From a virus: a DNA stretch of 64,000 bases. Shown here one piece after another: positions 47,196 to 57,401 of this stretch. Where the stretch lies: IMG/VR virus record IMGVR_UViG_3300037467_001050, positions 58,895-122,894 of that record; one strand, given 5' to 3'. Numbering within the stretch: the stretch's first letter is position 1; every line of letters starts with the position of its first letter. Below the pieces are notes generated by a model. It worked only from the letters and a program-made list of their open reading frames with translations, did not search any database and had not been told where the DNA came from. The translations under genes and the position numbers were made by a program.

Positions 47196-50100
47196 TCAGG
47201 AGCAGCCGGTTGTCGTGCCGCAAGTGTCACATTTTAAACACGTACCGTTCCGGACCAGCGTGAAGTTGGCGCACTCGCGGCAGGCCTCGCCGACGTAGCC
47301 CTTGATCTTCGCCTCAGCCCGCAGATCCGAGACGCCGACACCCGCGGAAGCCTGCACCAGCTCCAGCATCGTCGGGGTCTTGACCGACTGCGAGGGGAGG
47401 GGCGCCAGCGGCTCACCGGCATACGACACCAGCGCACCGCTGTTGTCGTTGATCACGAGCTGCGTGATCGGCGCCGGCTCCGGTGTGACGTGGGCGAGAT
47501 CGTCGCGACCGAGGTAGGTGATCGCCAGATCCCGGAACACGAAGTCCAGCACGCTCTCGGCCCGCTTCACCCGGTCGTGACCGGCGACCATGCCGGCCGG
47601 CTCGAACCGGAAGAAGGTGTAAGCCTCCACGTACTCCTCGAGCGGCACCCCGTACTGCAGGCCGATCGACACCGCGATCGCCAGGGCGTTCATGACAGCC
47701 CGGAAGGCGGCGCCTTCCTTGTGCATGTCGATGAAGATCTCGCCCAGGCGGCCATCGGCATACTCGCCGGTGTGCAGGTAGACCTTCTGACCGCCGACGA
47801 CGGCCTTCTGGGTGTACCCGCTCCGGCGAGCCGGCATCTTCTCGCGACCCAGCCGCTTCTCGACCATCTTGATGACCTCGACGACGCGCTCGGCCGCGGG
47901 TGCGGAGCGGTCTGCGATGACGGCCATCGATGCAGCGTCTGCGTCGTCCTCGATCAGCGCCGTGTTCAGGGGCTGCGAGAGCTTCGAGCCGTCGCGGTAG
48001 AGCGCGTTGGCCTTCAGCGCCAGCTTCCACGACATCAGGTAGGCGGACTTCACGTCCTCCACCGTGGCGTCGTTCGGCATGTTGATCGTCTTGGAGATGG
48101 CCCCCGAGATGAACGGCTGGACGGCCGCCATCATGCGGATGTGACCCTCGGTCGAGATCAGCCGCTTGCCCTTCGCACCGCAGGCGCTGGCGCAGTCGAA
48201 GACCGCCGCGTGCTCCGGCTTCAGGTGAGGCGCACCCTCGAGCGTCATGGTCCCGCACGCCCACTCGTTGGCCTCGGCGATCTGCTCGTTGCTGAAGCCC
48301 AGCGCGAACCAGTTCGTGAGGAAGTTGATCGAGAAGGCACCTTCGACCTGCGGCACGATCCGTTGGCGCTCCTCGATGGTGAGCGCGTTCAGGAACGCAT
48401 CCGGCAGCGAGCCGCGACCCAGCGCATAGGTCTGGATGTCCGAGATCTCGAGGTCGGAGTAGCCGAGCGCCTTGAGGGCCGCCGGCACGCCGCGGTTGAT
48501 GATCTTGAACATGCCGCCGCCGGCGAGCTTCTTGAACTTCACCAGGGCGAAGTCCGGCTCGACGCCAGTGGTATCGCAGTCCATCACGAGGCCGATCGTG
48601 CCGGTGGGCGCGATCACCGTCACTTGCGCATTGCGGAAGCCGTGCTCCTTACCGAGCTGCAGGGCCTGCCGCCACACGCCGCGGGCGATCTTGGTCAGAG
48701 CCTGGAAGCCGGCCGGCGCATCGAGGATGCTGAGCGGCACCGGGTTGACCGAGAGCCCCTCGTAACCGTCGATCTCACCGTCCGCCGCCCGCAGGTGGTT
48801 GCGCATGACGCGCAGCATGCTCTCGGCGTTCTCGGCGTAGCGCGGGAAAGTCCCTAGCTCGCGGGCCAGCTCCGCGGAGGTGCGGTAAGCGACGCCCGTC
48901 ATGATCGCCGCCAGCGCGCCGGCCACGTTCCGGCCCTCGACGGAGTCGTAGGGCAGGCCCATCGCCATCAGCAGACCGCCGATGTTGGCGTAGCCGAGAC
49001 CCAGCGTGCGGTAGTCCCAGGACAGCTGCGCGATCTCGCGGCTCGGGAACTGCGCCATCGTCACGGAGATGTCGAGCACCATCGTCCACAGGGCGCAGAC
49101 ATGGCCGAACTTCTCGGTGTCGAAGAAGCGGTTCTCGATGTCGTAGAATGTGAGCAGGTTGGCCGAGGCCAGATTGCACGCCGTGTCGTCGAGGAACATG
49201 TACTCGGAGCACGGGTTCGAGGCCCGGATCCGCCCGCCCGCCGGGCAGGTGTGCCACTCGTTCATGGTCGTGTTGAAGTGCAGACCAGGGTCCGCCGACT
49301 GCCATGCGGCGTAGCCGATCTTCTCCCAGATGTCTCGAGCCCTCACCGTCCGGACCACCGCACCCGTCGTGCGGGCCACGAGGTTCCAGTCGCCATTCAA
49401 CTCGACCGCCTTGAGGAAGTCGTCGGTGACGGACACGGTGTTGTTCGAGTTCTGGCCCGAGACTGTCTCGTAGGCTTTGGATTGCCAGTCGAGGTCGAAC
49501 ACCTCGAACTCCATATGCGTGTAGCCCTGCTTGGCGAGCTGGATCACGCGCATGATGTAGCTGTCGGGGATCAGTGCCTCGCGCGCAGCCTTGATGGCGG
49601 CATGCAGGGTCACGTTGTGTGCAGGGTTGAACGCTGCATCCCCCGGCAGATCGCCCGGCTTGGTCGTGAAGGTCCACTCCTGCGTGGAAGCCATCACCGC
49701 GGTCAGGTGCTTGGCGGTGACCTTCGAGCCGGTCACGAGTGAGGCGACCTTCTGCTCCTCCTCGACCTTCCAGTCGATGAACGCCTCGATGTCGGGGTGA
49801 TCGACGTCGAGGATCACCATCTTGGCGGCGCGCCGCGTGGTGCCGCCCGACTTGATCGCGCCGGCCGCCCGGTCGCCAATCTTCAGGAACGACAACAGGC
49901 CCGACGACTTGCCTCCGCCGGACAGGCCCTCGTTCTCGGCGCGCAGCATCGAGAAGTTGGTGCCGGTGCCAGAGCCGTACTTGAACAGGCGCGCCTCGCG
50001 GGTCCACAGGTCCATGATGCCGCCCTCGTTCACGAGGTCATCGGCAACCGACTGGATGAAGCAGGCGTGCGGCTGCGGGCGCTCGTAGGAGGACTGGGAG

Positions 50101-50735
50101 GCCACGACCTTGCCCAGCAGCTCGTCGAAGTAGAAGTGGCCCTGTGCCGGCCCGTCGATGCCGTAGGCCCAGTGCAGGCCGGTGTTGAACCACTGCGGCG
50201 AGTTGGGCGCGACCATCTGCTTGGCGAGCATGTAGCGCAGCTCGTCGAAGAAGGAGCGAGCGTTCTCCTCGCGGTTCACGGACTCGCGAACCGCCGGGAT
50301 GCCGTCTTTCTCCTCGTCGAACATCGGCAGGCCGTTCGGGGCGTACTCGCCGAAGTAGCCGGCCTTCCAGCCCCAATAGGTCCAGGTGCCGGCGAGCCGG
50401 TCGAACACCTGCTGGGCCGAGGTCTCGGGGCCGAAGCTCAGCTCGTGGTCATCGGGGGTGCGAAACTCGGGCCCACGCGGGACCGAGCGCTGCAGCCAGT
50501 GCGGCACGGAAGGCTCGTCGACACGGACGATCGCATCCGGTACGCCGGCCTTGCGGAAGTATTTCTGGGTCAGGACGTCGACCGCCACCTGGCTCCAGTC
50601 GGCCGGCACGAGGACGTTCTCCATGTGGTGGACCACCTTGCCACCACCGCCGAGGATCTTGCTGTCGGCAAACCGCCACTCGATCAGCGAGTAGGGATCG
50701 ACGCCAGCTGTCGTGAAGACGCGCTTGACCTGCAC
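47196..50735 (-). CDS. nrdJ: Class II (adenosylcobalamin-dependent) ribonucleotide reductase with TSCPD domain and Zn ribbon
   Basis: [72 protein letters not shown]. Confidence 0.97.
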   Translation of the reverse strand: MQVKRVFTTAGVDPYSLIEWRFADSKILGGGGKVVHHMENVLVPADWSQVAVDVLTQKYFRKAGVPDAIVRVDEPSVPHWLQRSVPRGPEFRTPDDHELSFGPETSAQQVFDRLAGTWTYWGWKAGYFGEYAPNGLPMFDEEKDGIPAVRESVNREENARSFFDELRYMLAKQMVAPNSPQWFNTGLHWAYGIDGPAQGHFYFDELLGKVVASQSSYERPQPHACFIQSVADDLVNEGGIMDLWTREARLFKYGSGTGTNFSMLRAENEGLSGGGKSSGLLSFLKIGDRAAGAIKSGGTTRRAAKMVILDVDHPDIEAFIDWKVEEEQKVASLVTGSKVTAKHLTAVMASTQEWTFTTKPGDLPGDAAFNPAHNVTLHAAIKAAREALIPDSYIMRVIQLAKQGYTHMEFEVFDLDWQSKAYETVSGQNSNNTVSVTDDFLKAVELNGDWNLVARTTGAVVRTVRARDIWEKIGYAAWQSADPGLHFNTTMNEWHTCPAGGRIRASNPCSEYMFLDDTACNLASANLLTFYDIENRFFDTEKFGHVCALWTMVLDISVTMAQFPSREIAQLSWDYRTLGLGYANIGGLLMAMGLPYDSVEGRNVAGALAAIMTGVAYRTSAELARELGTFPRYAENAESMLRVMRNHLRAADGEIDGYEGLSVNPVPLSILDAPAGFQALTKIARGVWRQALQLGKEHGFRNAQVTVIAPTGTIGLVMDCDTTGVEPDFALVKFKKLAGGGMFKIINRGVPAALKALGYSDLEISDIQTYALGRGSLPDAFLNALTIEERQRIVPQVEGAFSINFLTNWFALGFSNEQIAEANEWACGTMTLEGAPHLKPEHAAVFDCASACGAKGKRLISTEGHIRMMAAVQPFISGAISKTINMPNDATVEDVKSAYLMSWKLALKANALYRDGSKLSQPLNTALIEDDADAASMAVIADRSAPAAERVVEVIKMVEKRLGREKMPARRSGYTQKAVVGGQKVYLHTGEYADGRLGEIFIDMHKEGAAFRAVMNALAIAVSIGLQYGVPLEEYVEAYTFFRFEPAGMVAGHDRVKRAESVLDFVFRDLAITYLGRDDLAHVTPEPAPITQLVINDNSGALVSYAGEPLAPLPSQSVKTPTMLELVQASAGVGVSDLRAEAKIKGYVGEACRECANFTLVRNGTCLKCDTCGTTTGCS

Positions 50736-50755
50736 CGTGTGCTCTCCTGCTGAGG

Positions 50756-50780
50756 AAGAAAAGGGCCCCGAAGGACCCTG
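50756..50780 (-). terminator. Intrinsic terminator upstream of nrdJ
   Basis: AGGGTCC-TTCG-GGGCCCT-TTTCTT. Confidence 0.7.
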
Positions 50781-50806
50781 GTAGAAAGCTGAATTTTCAG
50801 AGGGGC

Positions 50807-51091
50807 TTAGGCCGCCCAGGCTCGGACGCGGTAGACACCACCGCACCGGGTTCGGAACACGTCCTTCTCGATCTCGCCGGTGACAACCACGAAGGTCCGG
50901 TGGCCGTCCTCGAACCGCTCGAGCTGGTCGTAGAAGATCTCGCCGGCCACGACGTCGTTGCCCAGGCCGTCGCGGAAGCGCGTGGCCTCGAACAGGTGTC
51001 CCGTCACCGGGATGAACTCGTCGTCCTCATCGAGGACCACCTCGACCCAGCCGACCGGGCAGTCCTGCATGCGGAGGTTGACCTCGACCAT
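50807..51091 (-). CDS. Hypothetical protein
   Basis: TGATG coupling. Confidence 0.55.
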   Translation of the reverse strand: MVEVNLRMQDCPVGWVEVVLDEDDEFIPVTGHLFEATRFRDGLGNDVVAGEIFYDQLERFEDGHRTFVVVTGEIEKDVFRTRCGGVYRVRAWAA

Positions 51092-51522
51092 CAGGCGGCC
51101 TCGGTCTGGGCGAGGCTCGCGTTATCGTTGGTCGCGAGCGGGGTCATGCCCTTGATCGCGACGGCGCGCTTGGCAGCTCGGGCCTGCTCCTTCTTGCCGC
51201 CGCGTCCGCCCAGCGCCTTGATCGCCCGGCCGCTGTACTTCGAGCGCTCGAGCCTGACTTGGCTCATCACCCGCACCCGCTCGATCGGCAGCTTGCCGAG
51301 TTCGGCGATGATGGGGCCGCGCTCGTTGGGAGGCGCCACCTTCAGCTTCGCGATCAGATCGTCGAACTTGGCGCGCAGCTCGCGCTTCATCCCGGGCTTC
51401 GGGTGAAGCGCCATCGCGTAGGGCTCGTAGGTGAAGCGAGGCTTGCGCCGCGCCTGCTCCTTACCGGGAGCTTCGGCGATGTTCTTGATCGCCTTGAGGT
51501 ATCCGTCCAGAATTGTGCTCAT
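51091..51522 (-). CDS. Basic hypothetical protein with an ssrA-like tail
   Basis: Ends ATNDNASLAQTEAA. Confidence 0.6.
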   Translation of the reverse strand: MSTILDGYLKAIKNIAEAPGKEQARRKPRFTYEPYAMALHPKPGMKRELRAKFDDLIAKLKVAPPNERGPIIAELGKLPIERVRVMSQVRLERSKYSGRAIKALGGRGGKKEQARAAKRAVAIKGMTPLATNDNASLAQTEAA

Positions 51523-51746
51523 CACGCCCCTTGCTGCCTTATCACCCGCATCATGCTCTGACGAAGGTAGTTATTCAGGAACGCCGTCCTCGGAGTTTTC
51601 GCGATCACGACGCTGTGCCATTTTCCGTCGTAGAGGAAATGCACCTTTTGATTTTTTGTTATCGTCTCGAAGCGATAGTCCTCGACGCCGTGACTTTTCA
51701 TCAGAGCTTCGATCTCGATCTTGAGATCCCGTCGTTGACGTTGCAC
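51522..51746 (-). CDS. Small low-GC protein, HicA-like fold possible
   Basis: GGAG RBS with GTG start; KVHF.Y.G....V..AKTP..AF.NN.LRQ. Confidence 0.5.
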   Translation of the reverse strand: MQRQRRDLKIEIEALMKSHGVEDYRFETITKNQKVHFLYDGKWHSVVIAKTPRTAFLNNYLRQSMMRVIRQQGA

Positions 51747-52212
51747 GAGCCACTCCGCGACTGAAACTCCTCTTAGGCCAACGGCTCTTCTTCTTGGTCT
51801 CCACCTCGGCCTCGACGTCATCTCCCCGGCTCTTCGCCGTGATGCGTCGCCTGTAGTCTTCCTGGGCCCTGGTCAGTCGGCGGAGCTTGGCGATCTCGGC
51901 CACGTCACCGTGAACCGCGTTCAGCTTGCTCTCGCCCTTGCGCCCGGTGGTCTTCCGGGCGTGACAGACCTTGTGCTTGGCCTGGATGGCCTCGTTGTCG
52001 TTGGCAGCAGGGATCGTGTCCTGCTTCTCAGGATCCCATCCCCGCAGCTGGAGCGCGGGGACGTGATCGAACTGAGTGTCGCCACCGACCTCGAGCGGCT
52101 CACCACAGGCCGCGCACCGCCCCTCCTGACGGATCACCGTGGCGAGCTTCGCAGAGCACGGGATCGCCTTTCTGAACCCAGCAGGAGGGGCCGGAACCTC
52201 GTTTGCAATCAC
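51571..52212 (-). CDS. HNH endonuclease
   Basis: RCAACG, FDHVPAL, KHKVCHARKT; the 3' extension overlaps the next gene. Confidence 0.8.
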   Translation of the reverse strand: MIANEVPAPPAGFRKAIPCSAKLATVIRQEGRCAACGEPLEVGGDTQFDHVPALQLRGWDPEKQDTIPAANDNEAIQAKHKVCHARKTTGRKGESKLNAVHGDVAEIAKLRRLTRAQEDYRRRITAKSRGDDVEAEVETKKKSRWPKRSFSRGVARATSTTGSQDRDRSSDEKSRRRGLSLRDDNKKSKGAFPLRRKMAQRRDRENSEDGVPE

Positions 52213-52225
52213 ACCGCCGTCCTAC

Positions 52226-52239
52226 TTGCATTCCTGCAA
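52226..52239 (-). promoter_or_regulatory. Repeated motif TTGCAGGAATGCAA (perfect copy)
   Basis: Exact match; preceded by an inverted TTTGCATTTTTT half-site. Confidence 0.75.
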
Positions 52240-52267
52240 GCGGTCAAGCGGAAAAAATGCAAACGGA

Positions 52268-53674
52268 TCAGGCCGCCTTGGCTGCCCGCTTCGCATCGCG
52301 CTCCTTGCGCCAGGGCGCGTCCTTCTCCCAATCGCCGGCCATGATCGAACCGTATGGCCGGATCTCGTCGACGATCTCGGCGAGGCCGTACTTCTCGATC
52401 TGGGCGCGCACCGCCGCGGCGTCCTTGTAGGCCGACGGCAGCTCGGAGTGGTCCGGGATCCCGCAGTAGGACCGGATGTCGAAGCCGCGCGCCTTCAGGT
52501 CGGCGAGCTCCTGCGTCAGAGCATCCGGGCCGCCCTGTGCCAAGTGCTGGGTCCGGGACAGGTTTCGGCCGGCCCCGTGTGGCGCGAAACCCAGCGAGCC
52601 CTTGTGGTCGCGGTGCTCGGCGATCAGGATCGGCTGGCTCATGTTGAGCGGGATCAGCGTGTTGCCGACGTCGTCAGGCGAGAAGCCCTTCCACGACGGG
52701 GTCGCGCCCTTGCCGTGGTAGAACAGTCCGTCAGACTTCCGGAACACGAAGTTGTGCTCGTTCCAGAACCGAGCCGTCACGCGGTTGCCGAGGCGCGCCG
52801 CTGCCATGTCGTGGATGGCGTAGTGGCTGTCCCGGGTCCACTGCCTGACCCACTGCAGCGCGTCCCAGTAATCCCGTCCCTCCTGCGAGTTGGCGTCGAT
52901 CCAGGCGTTGTGGCTCGGAACCCGCGGAGCGACGATCCCGGTGTGGCGCTTGGCCACCGCCATGCCGAGCTTGTAGAGCTGAGCGCCCAGGCCGCGCGAG
53001 CCGTGGTGGGTGACCAGCGCCAGATGCCCGGTGCTCGCCAGCTTGCCGACGTAGGCGAAGTGGTTGCCGTCGCCCTGTGTGGCGAAGTGGAACTTGGCGA
53101 AGTCGCCGAGCGGCTTGAGGAAGGGGTTCTCGGCCGCCTTGGCCCAGTAGTCTGGCAGGGCCACGTCCATCTTGCGCGGGCTCTTGGGCGAGACCGGCCC
53201 GAAGTGGGTCACAGCCTCGACCGCATCGAGCAGCCGGCCAGGATCATCCTCGCGCCGGAACACTGAAACCGCCATCGAGCAGCAGATGTCGGCCGAGTGG
53301 AAGCCGGGGTGGATCGCGTCCTTCGTTGCGACCGCGCCGCCGACAGGGATCGTCCCGGGCTGCGAACCGGACGGGCAAGCGTCGGGCATGATCGCGCCGG
53401 CGACGATGGTGGGCACCCGCATCAGGGCATCCATGTGGGCGTTCACGGCCTCGAGGTTGGCCCGCTCACCGTCGTTCTCCGCGTCGAGGAAGACGCCGTA
53501 GGGTAGGGCGTTCGTGCGCGCCGTCAGCTCCACCGGCACCAGCGTCTGAAGGTGCTCGAAGATCGCCTGCTCGGTGGCGCCGGCCGCCGCCATCTCATTG
53601 GCCTTGGCGATGCCGGCCTTGAACCATCGGCCCGGCTGGAAGCCCCAGGCCATCAGCGTGTTGCCGTCGATCAT
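52268..53674 (-). CDS. rtcB: RtcB family RNA ligase
   Basis: MPDAC, IPVG, ADICCSM, GDGNHF, HHGSRGLG, HNF, PHGAGR, ELPSAYKD. Confidence 0.95.
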   Translation of the reverse strand: MIDGNTLMAWGFQPGRWFKAGIAKANEMAAAGATEQAIFEHLQTLVPVELTARTNALPYGVFLDAENDGERANLEAVNAHMDALMRVPTIVAGAIMPDACPSGSQPGTIPVGGAVATKDAIHPGFHSADICCSMAVSVFRREDDPGRLLDAVEAVTHFGPVSPKSPRKMDVALPDYWAKAAENPFLKPLGDFAKFHFATQGDGNHFAYVGKLASTGHLALVTHHGSRGLGAQLYKLGMAVAKRHTGIVAPRVPSHNAWIDANSQEGRDYWDALQWVRQWTRDSHYAIHDMAAARLGNRVTARFWNEHNFVFRKSDGLFYHGKGATPSWKGFSPDDVGNTLIPLNMSQPILIAEHRDHKGSLGFAPHGAGRNLSRTQHLAQGGPDALTQELADLKARGFDIRSYCGIPDHSELPSAYKDAAAVRAQIEKYGLAEIVDEIRPYGSIMAGDWEKDAPWRKERDAKRAAKAA

Positions 53675-53684
53675 CCCGTGTCCC

Positions 53685-53927
53685 TCAAATGGCAGGCGCC
53701 GACACGCGCCGCGCCGCCTCGACCGCTCGCCTCAGAGCGTCCAGGACGGCCGGAACATTGTCGGCGTGGGTGAATGTCACTTCAGACGGAGAGGGCGCCC
53801 TGGCGGCGCCCTTTGCGATCTTCACGGCCATCTCGATCAGGGTGGTCCTGACGGATGGGATGCCCAGCAGCTTGGGATCCTGGCGGATCACCCAAGCGGC
53901 TGCCTCGGTCATCCGAGCGCGGGACAT
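53685..53927 (-). CDS. Hypothetical protein
   Basis: 80-aa ORF in the operon. Confidence 0.45.
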   Translation of the reverse strand: MSRARMTEAAAWVIRQDPKLLGIPSVRTTLIEMAVKIAKGAARAPSPSEVTFTHADNVPAVLDALRRAVEAARRVSAPAI

Positions 53928-54187
53928 GGGGTCACCACCAAGTCGTCCTCGACGAGAGTGAGCGCCTCATTGAGGTCGGTCAGCTCGCGCCGAAGCTCTT
54001 GGAAGAGCAGCAGCAGCATCTCGCGGTTGGTCACACCGCCGGACGGCGGGCGGCTCTCAAGCCCGAAGCGGCGGGCCTTGGCGAGGATCTGCAGGACCTG
54101 ACCGGCCTCCATCATCACCTCTCCGATTTCCTCACCGAGGCGATCACGGCGGCCCTCCGGGTCGCGGGGTGCGTATTTCGGGTTCAT
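53924..54187 (-). CDS. Second MazG-like/all-alpha NTP-PPase protein
   Basis: LGEEIGEV...Q..AK..RFG.ES......NRE.L..E..DL. Confidence 0.6.
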
Positions 54188-54552
54188 GCCGCGAACGCCT
54201 GCTGATTGAGGGTGGTCCACGAGACCGGATCGATCCGCACCAGCAGGTAGCGCTCGACGAACTCGCGCGCCCAGCCGCGGCGGATCAAGCCGAACATCAG
54301 CTCGGTCTGCGCCTTGGCGGCCCGATGCTTCGGATCGAACTCACCGACCAGATGACCGGGCTTCAACACGAAGCGCGAGAGCACCGTGTCACGCAAGCCG
54401 CGCGCCTCGATCAGCTCGATGAAGGGGTTGAAGCTCTCCATGAAGAGCTTGCTCTGACGCCACCCGGAAAACACCGTGTCGGCGGCGTCCGCGTCGGCGC
54501 GCCCGGTCACCACCGGGGCGGCCTCGTCTACGCGGCTTCTCTGTCCGTCCAT
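54184..54552 (-). CDS. Hypothetical protein
   Basis: 122-aa ORF. Confidence 0.5.
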   Translation of the reverse strand: MDGQRSRVDEAAPVVTGRADADAADTVFSGWRQSKLFMESFNPFIELIEARGLRDTVLSRFVLKPGHLVGEFDPKHRAAKAQTELMFGLIRRGWAREFVERYLLVRIDPVSWTTLNQQAFAA

Positions 54553-54989
54553 CCTGCGTATTCCTTCGTGGCTCGCATCAACGATTTCAGATCGACACCC
54601 GGCAGGATCCTCTGAGAGACGATCAACTGGGCGTTCTCGAAGTATTGGTCGAACTCTTCCTGCCCCATCTGATCCAGAGCGATCGACGATGGGATCAGGT
54701 GCATGTCGCCGTCGAGGCTGATGTACGGCTCGGTGTAGCCACAGGCCGTCAGCAGCATGTTGTGGAGCAGCTTCTCCGAGATGTTGTGCTGAGAATTCTC
54801 AGCCACCTTGCGGATCCACGGCCAGTACAGCCGCAGCTGCGGCAACGACCGGACCTGCGCGATCTGTGCGCGGATCTGGAACTTGCCGTTCTTGCCCCGC
54901 TTGTCCACACGCTCGCGGTCGTAGTGCGAGTGCGGGACCAGCAATCCATCGGGGCGCTGGTTGAGCAGCACCCAGTTGTCCTGCTTCAT
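54528..54989 (-). CDS. DUF1367/NinB-like recombination-associated protein
   Basis: RSLPQLRLYW, LH..L....GY, PSSIA.D.M.QEEF..YF. Confidence 0.75.
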   Translation of the reverse strand: MKQDNWVLLNQRPDGLLVPHSHYDRERVDKRGKNGKFQIRAQIAQVRSLPQLRLYWPWIRKVAENSQHNISEKLLHNMLLTACGYTEPYISLDGDMHLIPSSIALDQMGQEEFDQYFENAQLIVSQRILPGVDLKSLMRATKEYAGWTDREAA

Positions 54990-55192
54990 GCTGCCTCCGT
55001 GCGGTTCGCGCCGGTGATTTGGGCGACCCGGTCGCGGGCAGCCGCGGCGAGGTCATCGATCTGCGCTTGAGTGAGCCGGTGCTTGTGGCGGGCCAGCGTC
55101 TCGGCCCGCCACCAGTTGGTCAGATCGGCCCGGGAGAGGGCCGTGCCGATCGCCACCTTCGCCAGCCGGCAGTAGGCGTCGGCGGGGTCCAT
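54986..55192 (-). CDS. Hypothetical protein
   Basis: TGATG and ATGA coupling. Confidence 0.55.
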   Translation of the reverse strand: MDPADAYCRLAKVAIGTALSRADLTNWWRAETLARHKHRLTQAQIDDLAAAARDRVAQITGANRTEAA

Positions 55193-56028
55193 CAGCCGGT
55201 GGCCGCCTTGCCGGGCCAGCCGAGCTCACCGAGTCGCTTCTTGGCGTAGCCGCGAACCGCGTCGCGATCCTCGTCCGACATCGCGCCGAGGGCATCCTGC
55301 ACGCGCTTGTCGAGCATGAAGTCGGAGACCGCGTTGGTGGTCTCCTTATCGTCGATCGCCTTCTTCAGGCGGACCACGACGTCGCTGTCGTCGTTGGCTG
55401 GCGCCGGCTGCTCGGTTGGTCCGTCGGCGGCGGGCTGGTCGGCCTTGGGCGGCCGGCCGCGGCGGGGCTTCTGCTCGGCCGGCGGGTCCTGAGGCGGCGG
55501 GGCGGCGTTGCGGCCCTCGTCGAAGTCCTCGTCGCGCTCGTCCGTCTGCCCGCTCTGCTGGGCCCGCTTGCGGACCGCCTTGCCCTCCTCTTTAAACTCG
55601 TCGGCCTCTTCCTCGGAGTAGGCCTCGATGCCGGCGAGCTTCAGGATCACGCGGTCCTTGCCGCGCTTCTCCAGCATCGCCCACGGGTAGCCCGCCTGCT
55701 TGCCGGAGACGCGGTAGTTCGCGCCGGTCTTGTTCATCGTGACCTCGGCGAAGGACCACTCGGAGCGGATGATCGGCTTTCCCTCGACGTCCTTGCCGAT
55801 CTCGCGGTAGCCGCGGACGAACATCACCAGTTCGTCGTCCTTCTGGACCATCATCTTCGGGTCCTCGAAGGTGATGTTCATCTTGGCGGCGAGGCGCTCG
55901 AGCGCCTTGTGGTAGATGACCGGGGTGCCCTGAACCTTCCAGGCGTCGTACTTCGTGTCGAAGGGCACGCCCTCCCGATCGAAGATGTCCTGGATGTCCC
56001 GGAAATCGAGTTCCTGACGGGATGCCAT
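55192..56028 (-). CDS. Putative ssDNA-annealing protein (Sak3/Rad52-like)
   Basis: IYHKALE, EWSF.E, YPWAM.EKR.KDRVILKL, YSEEEADEF; lies next to the YqaJ exonuclease. Confidence 0.55.
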   Translation of the reverse strand: MASRQELDFRDIQDIFDREGVPFDTKYDAWKVQGTPVIYHKALERLAAKMNITFEDPKMMVQKDDELVMFVRGYREIGKDVEGKPIIRSEWSFAEVTMNKTGANYRVSGKQAGYPWAMLEKRGKDRVILKLAGIEAYSEEEADEFKEEGKAVRKRAQQSGQTDERDEDFDEGRNAAPPPQDPPAEQKPRRGRPPKADQPAADGPTEQPAPANDDSDVVVRLKKAIDDKETTNAVSDFMLDKRVQDALGAMSDEDRDAVRGYAKKRLGELGWPGKAATG

Positions 56029-56038
56029 GCGATGCTCC

Positions 56039-56248
56039 TCAGGCGGCGCGCTTGCGAGACTGGCCGCCCTTGCGGCCGGCGGTGGAGGCGAGCTCCGGGT
56101 TCTGCGAGAAGGACCGCTTGGCCTTCGGGACGCTGCGGCCACCGAGGCTGGCGATCTCGCGGCGCCGCTCGGGGCTGATCGCCGCGAAGCCGCGGGGCTT
56201 GGCGACGCGGGTGATCTCGACGACGGGAGCGGTGTTGGTGTCGGCCAT
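56039..56248 (-). CDS. KGG-repeat general stress protein (YciG/GsiB/con-10-like)
   Basis: RGFAAISPERRREIASLGG...SFS..PELA..AGRKGG. Confidence 0.9.
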   Translation of the reverse strand: MADTNTAPVVEITRVAKPRGFAAISPERRREIASLGGRSVPKAKRSFSQNPELASTAGRKGGQSRKRAA

Positions 56249-56259
56249 GGTGGTCCTCC

Positions 56260-56472
56260 TCAGATCAGAGCGCGGGTGAGAGCAGCCATGGCGATCGCCA
56301 GGGGGCCGCAGACGAACAGCAGGAAGCGGGTCATGCCGCCCTCGTTTCGGGCGAAGTAGCCGCGCGGCTCAAGGCTCACGAGCGCAGCGCCGCCGAGGCC
56401 GGCGAGGAACGAGAGGGCGAAGATCAGGGCCAGCGCGTAGCCGACGAAGCCGATGATGATGGACGCGAACAT
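56260..56472 (-). CDS. Small membrane protein
   Basis: Two TM segments. Confidence 0.55.
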   Translation of the reverse strand: MFASIIIGFVGYALALIFALSFLAGLGGAALVSLEPRGYFARNEGGMTRFLLFVCGPLAIAMAALTRALI

Positions 56473-56480
56473 GGGTCTCC

Positions 56481-57353
56481 TCAGGCGGCCTCGGCCGCCG
56501 GTTGCAGGTCGGGTTCTTCGATGTCCCAGAGGGCGCGGCCGTCCTTGCCGCGGCGGATGCTCACGCCGTGGCCGTGGACCTTCGCCATGTCGTCGCCGAG
56601 GAACTTCTTCAGGCGGCGCTTGGCGCTGTCGTGCATCTTGGCCGACTTCAGGTGCTGCCGGACCTCGAAGGCCAGCGACGCCCACTCGTTGTTGCCGGTC
56701 ATGTCGACCACGCGGAGCGGCTTCGGCTTGGCTGGCTGATTGACCCGCTGCGCCTTCGGTGTGCGGCCTGTCTCAACGCAGTCCCAGAAGTCCTGCAGGG
56801 CGTCGAGCAGGCGGACATGGTAGAATTCGTCGGCCTCGATCTCGGCTTTCTTCCACTGGCCTGCGCCAGTGATTACCGAGAGCCAGCCGCGCTCCATCTC
56901 GGAGCACATGAGCTGGTGCTGAACCTGCGGGAAATACTTCTCCACCGCGCCGTCCATGGTCCAGTAGATCGGGAACATGAACTTGGCCTCGACCACACCC
57001 TGCGCCGGCCCGTCGGGTGTCGAGCGCACGATGCCGTCGAGGGTGGCGTGGGCGTGATCCCAGCGCGGGTGAGGGATCTTCTTCTGGTCGTCGGTGACGA
57101 CCCAGCCTGTCTGGAACTCGAACCAGCCGAGGTTCAGCGGCTCGGTGACGTTGCCCATGTGGATGAGCAGCATCTCCTCGAAGTCTGGCGAGTTGTCCTC
57201 GCCGCGCAGCTGGCGCCAATGCGCCTCCACCTCGGCCTGATCGCCCGACATGATGATGCGCGCGTCCGACCCGCCGAGCGAACCCTTGCGGGCCGCCAGG
57301 GTCGCTGCATCCATGCCGAGATGGGCTGTGCGCCGGAAGGGATCCATTTGCAT
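56481..57353 (-). CDS. YqaJ/lambda-exonuclease-like protein
   Basis: R...LGGSDA, GN..EP, ATLDG, VEAK, YFPQVQHQL. Confidence 0.9.
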   Translation of the reverse strand: MQMDPFRRTAHLGMDAATLAARKGSLGGSDARIIMSGDQAEVEAHWRQLRGEDNSPDFEEMLLIHMGNVTEPLNLGWFEFQTGWVVTDDQKKIPHPRWDHAHATLDGIVRSTPDGPAQGVVEAKFMFPIYWTMDGAVEKYFPQVQHQLMCSEMERGWLSVITGAGQWKKAEIEADEFYHVRLLDALQDFWDCVETGRTPKAQRVNQPAKPKPLRVVDMTGNNEWASLAFEVRQHLKSAKMHDSAKRRLKKFLGDDMAKVHGHGVSIRRGKDGRALWDIEEPDLQPAAEAA

Positions 57354-57368
57354 TCTCTAGCCTGCTGT

Positions 57369-57382
57369 TTGCTTTCCTGCAA
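57369..57382 (-). promoter_or_regulatory. Repeated motif variant TTGCAGGAAAGCAA
   Basis: One mismatch; flanked by TTGCATTTT upstream and by AATGCAAATG on the start codon. Confidence 0.7.
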
Positions 57383-57401
57383 GCCGGAAAATGCAATCCG
57401 G

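Noticed and set aside
50736-50806. Cobalamin riboswitch upstream of nrdJ
   Set aside because: The 70-bp gap is too short and holds only a terminator hairpin and RBS; no B12 box is present
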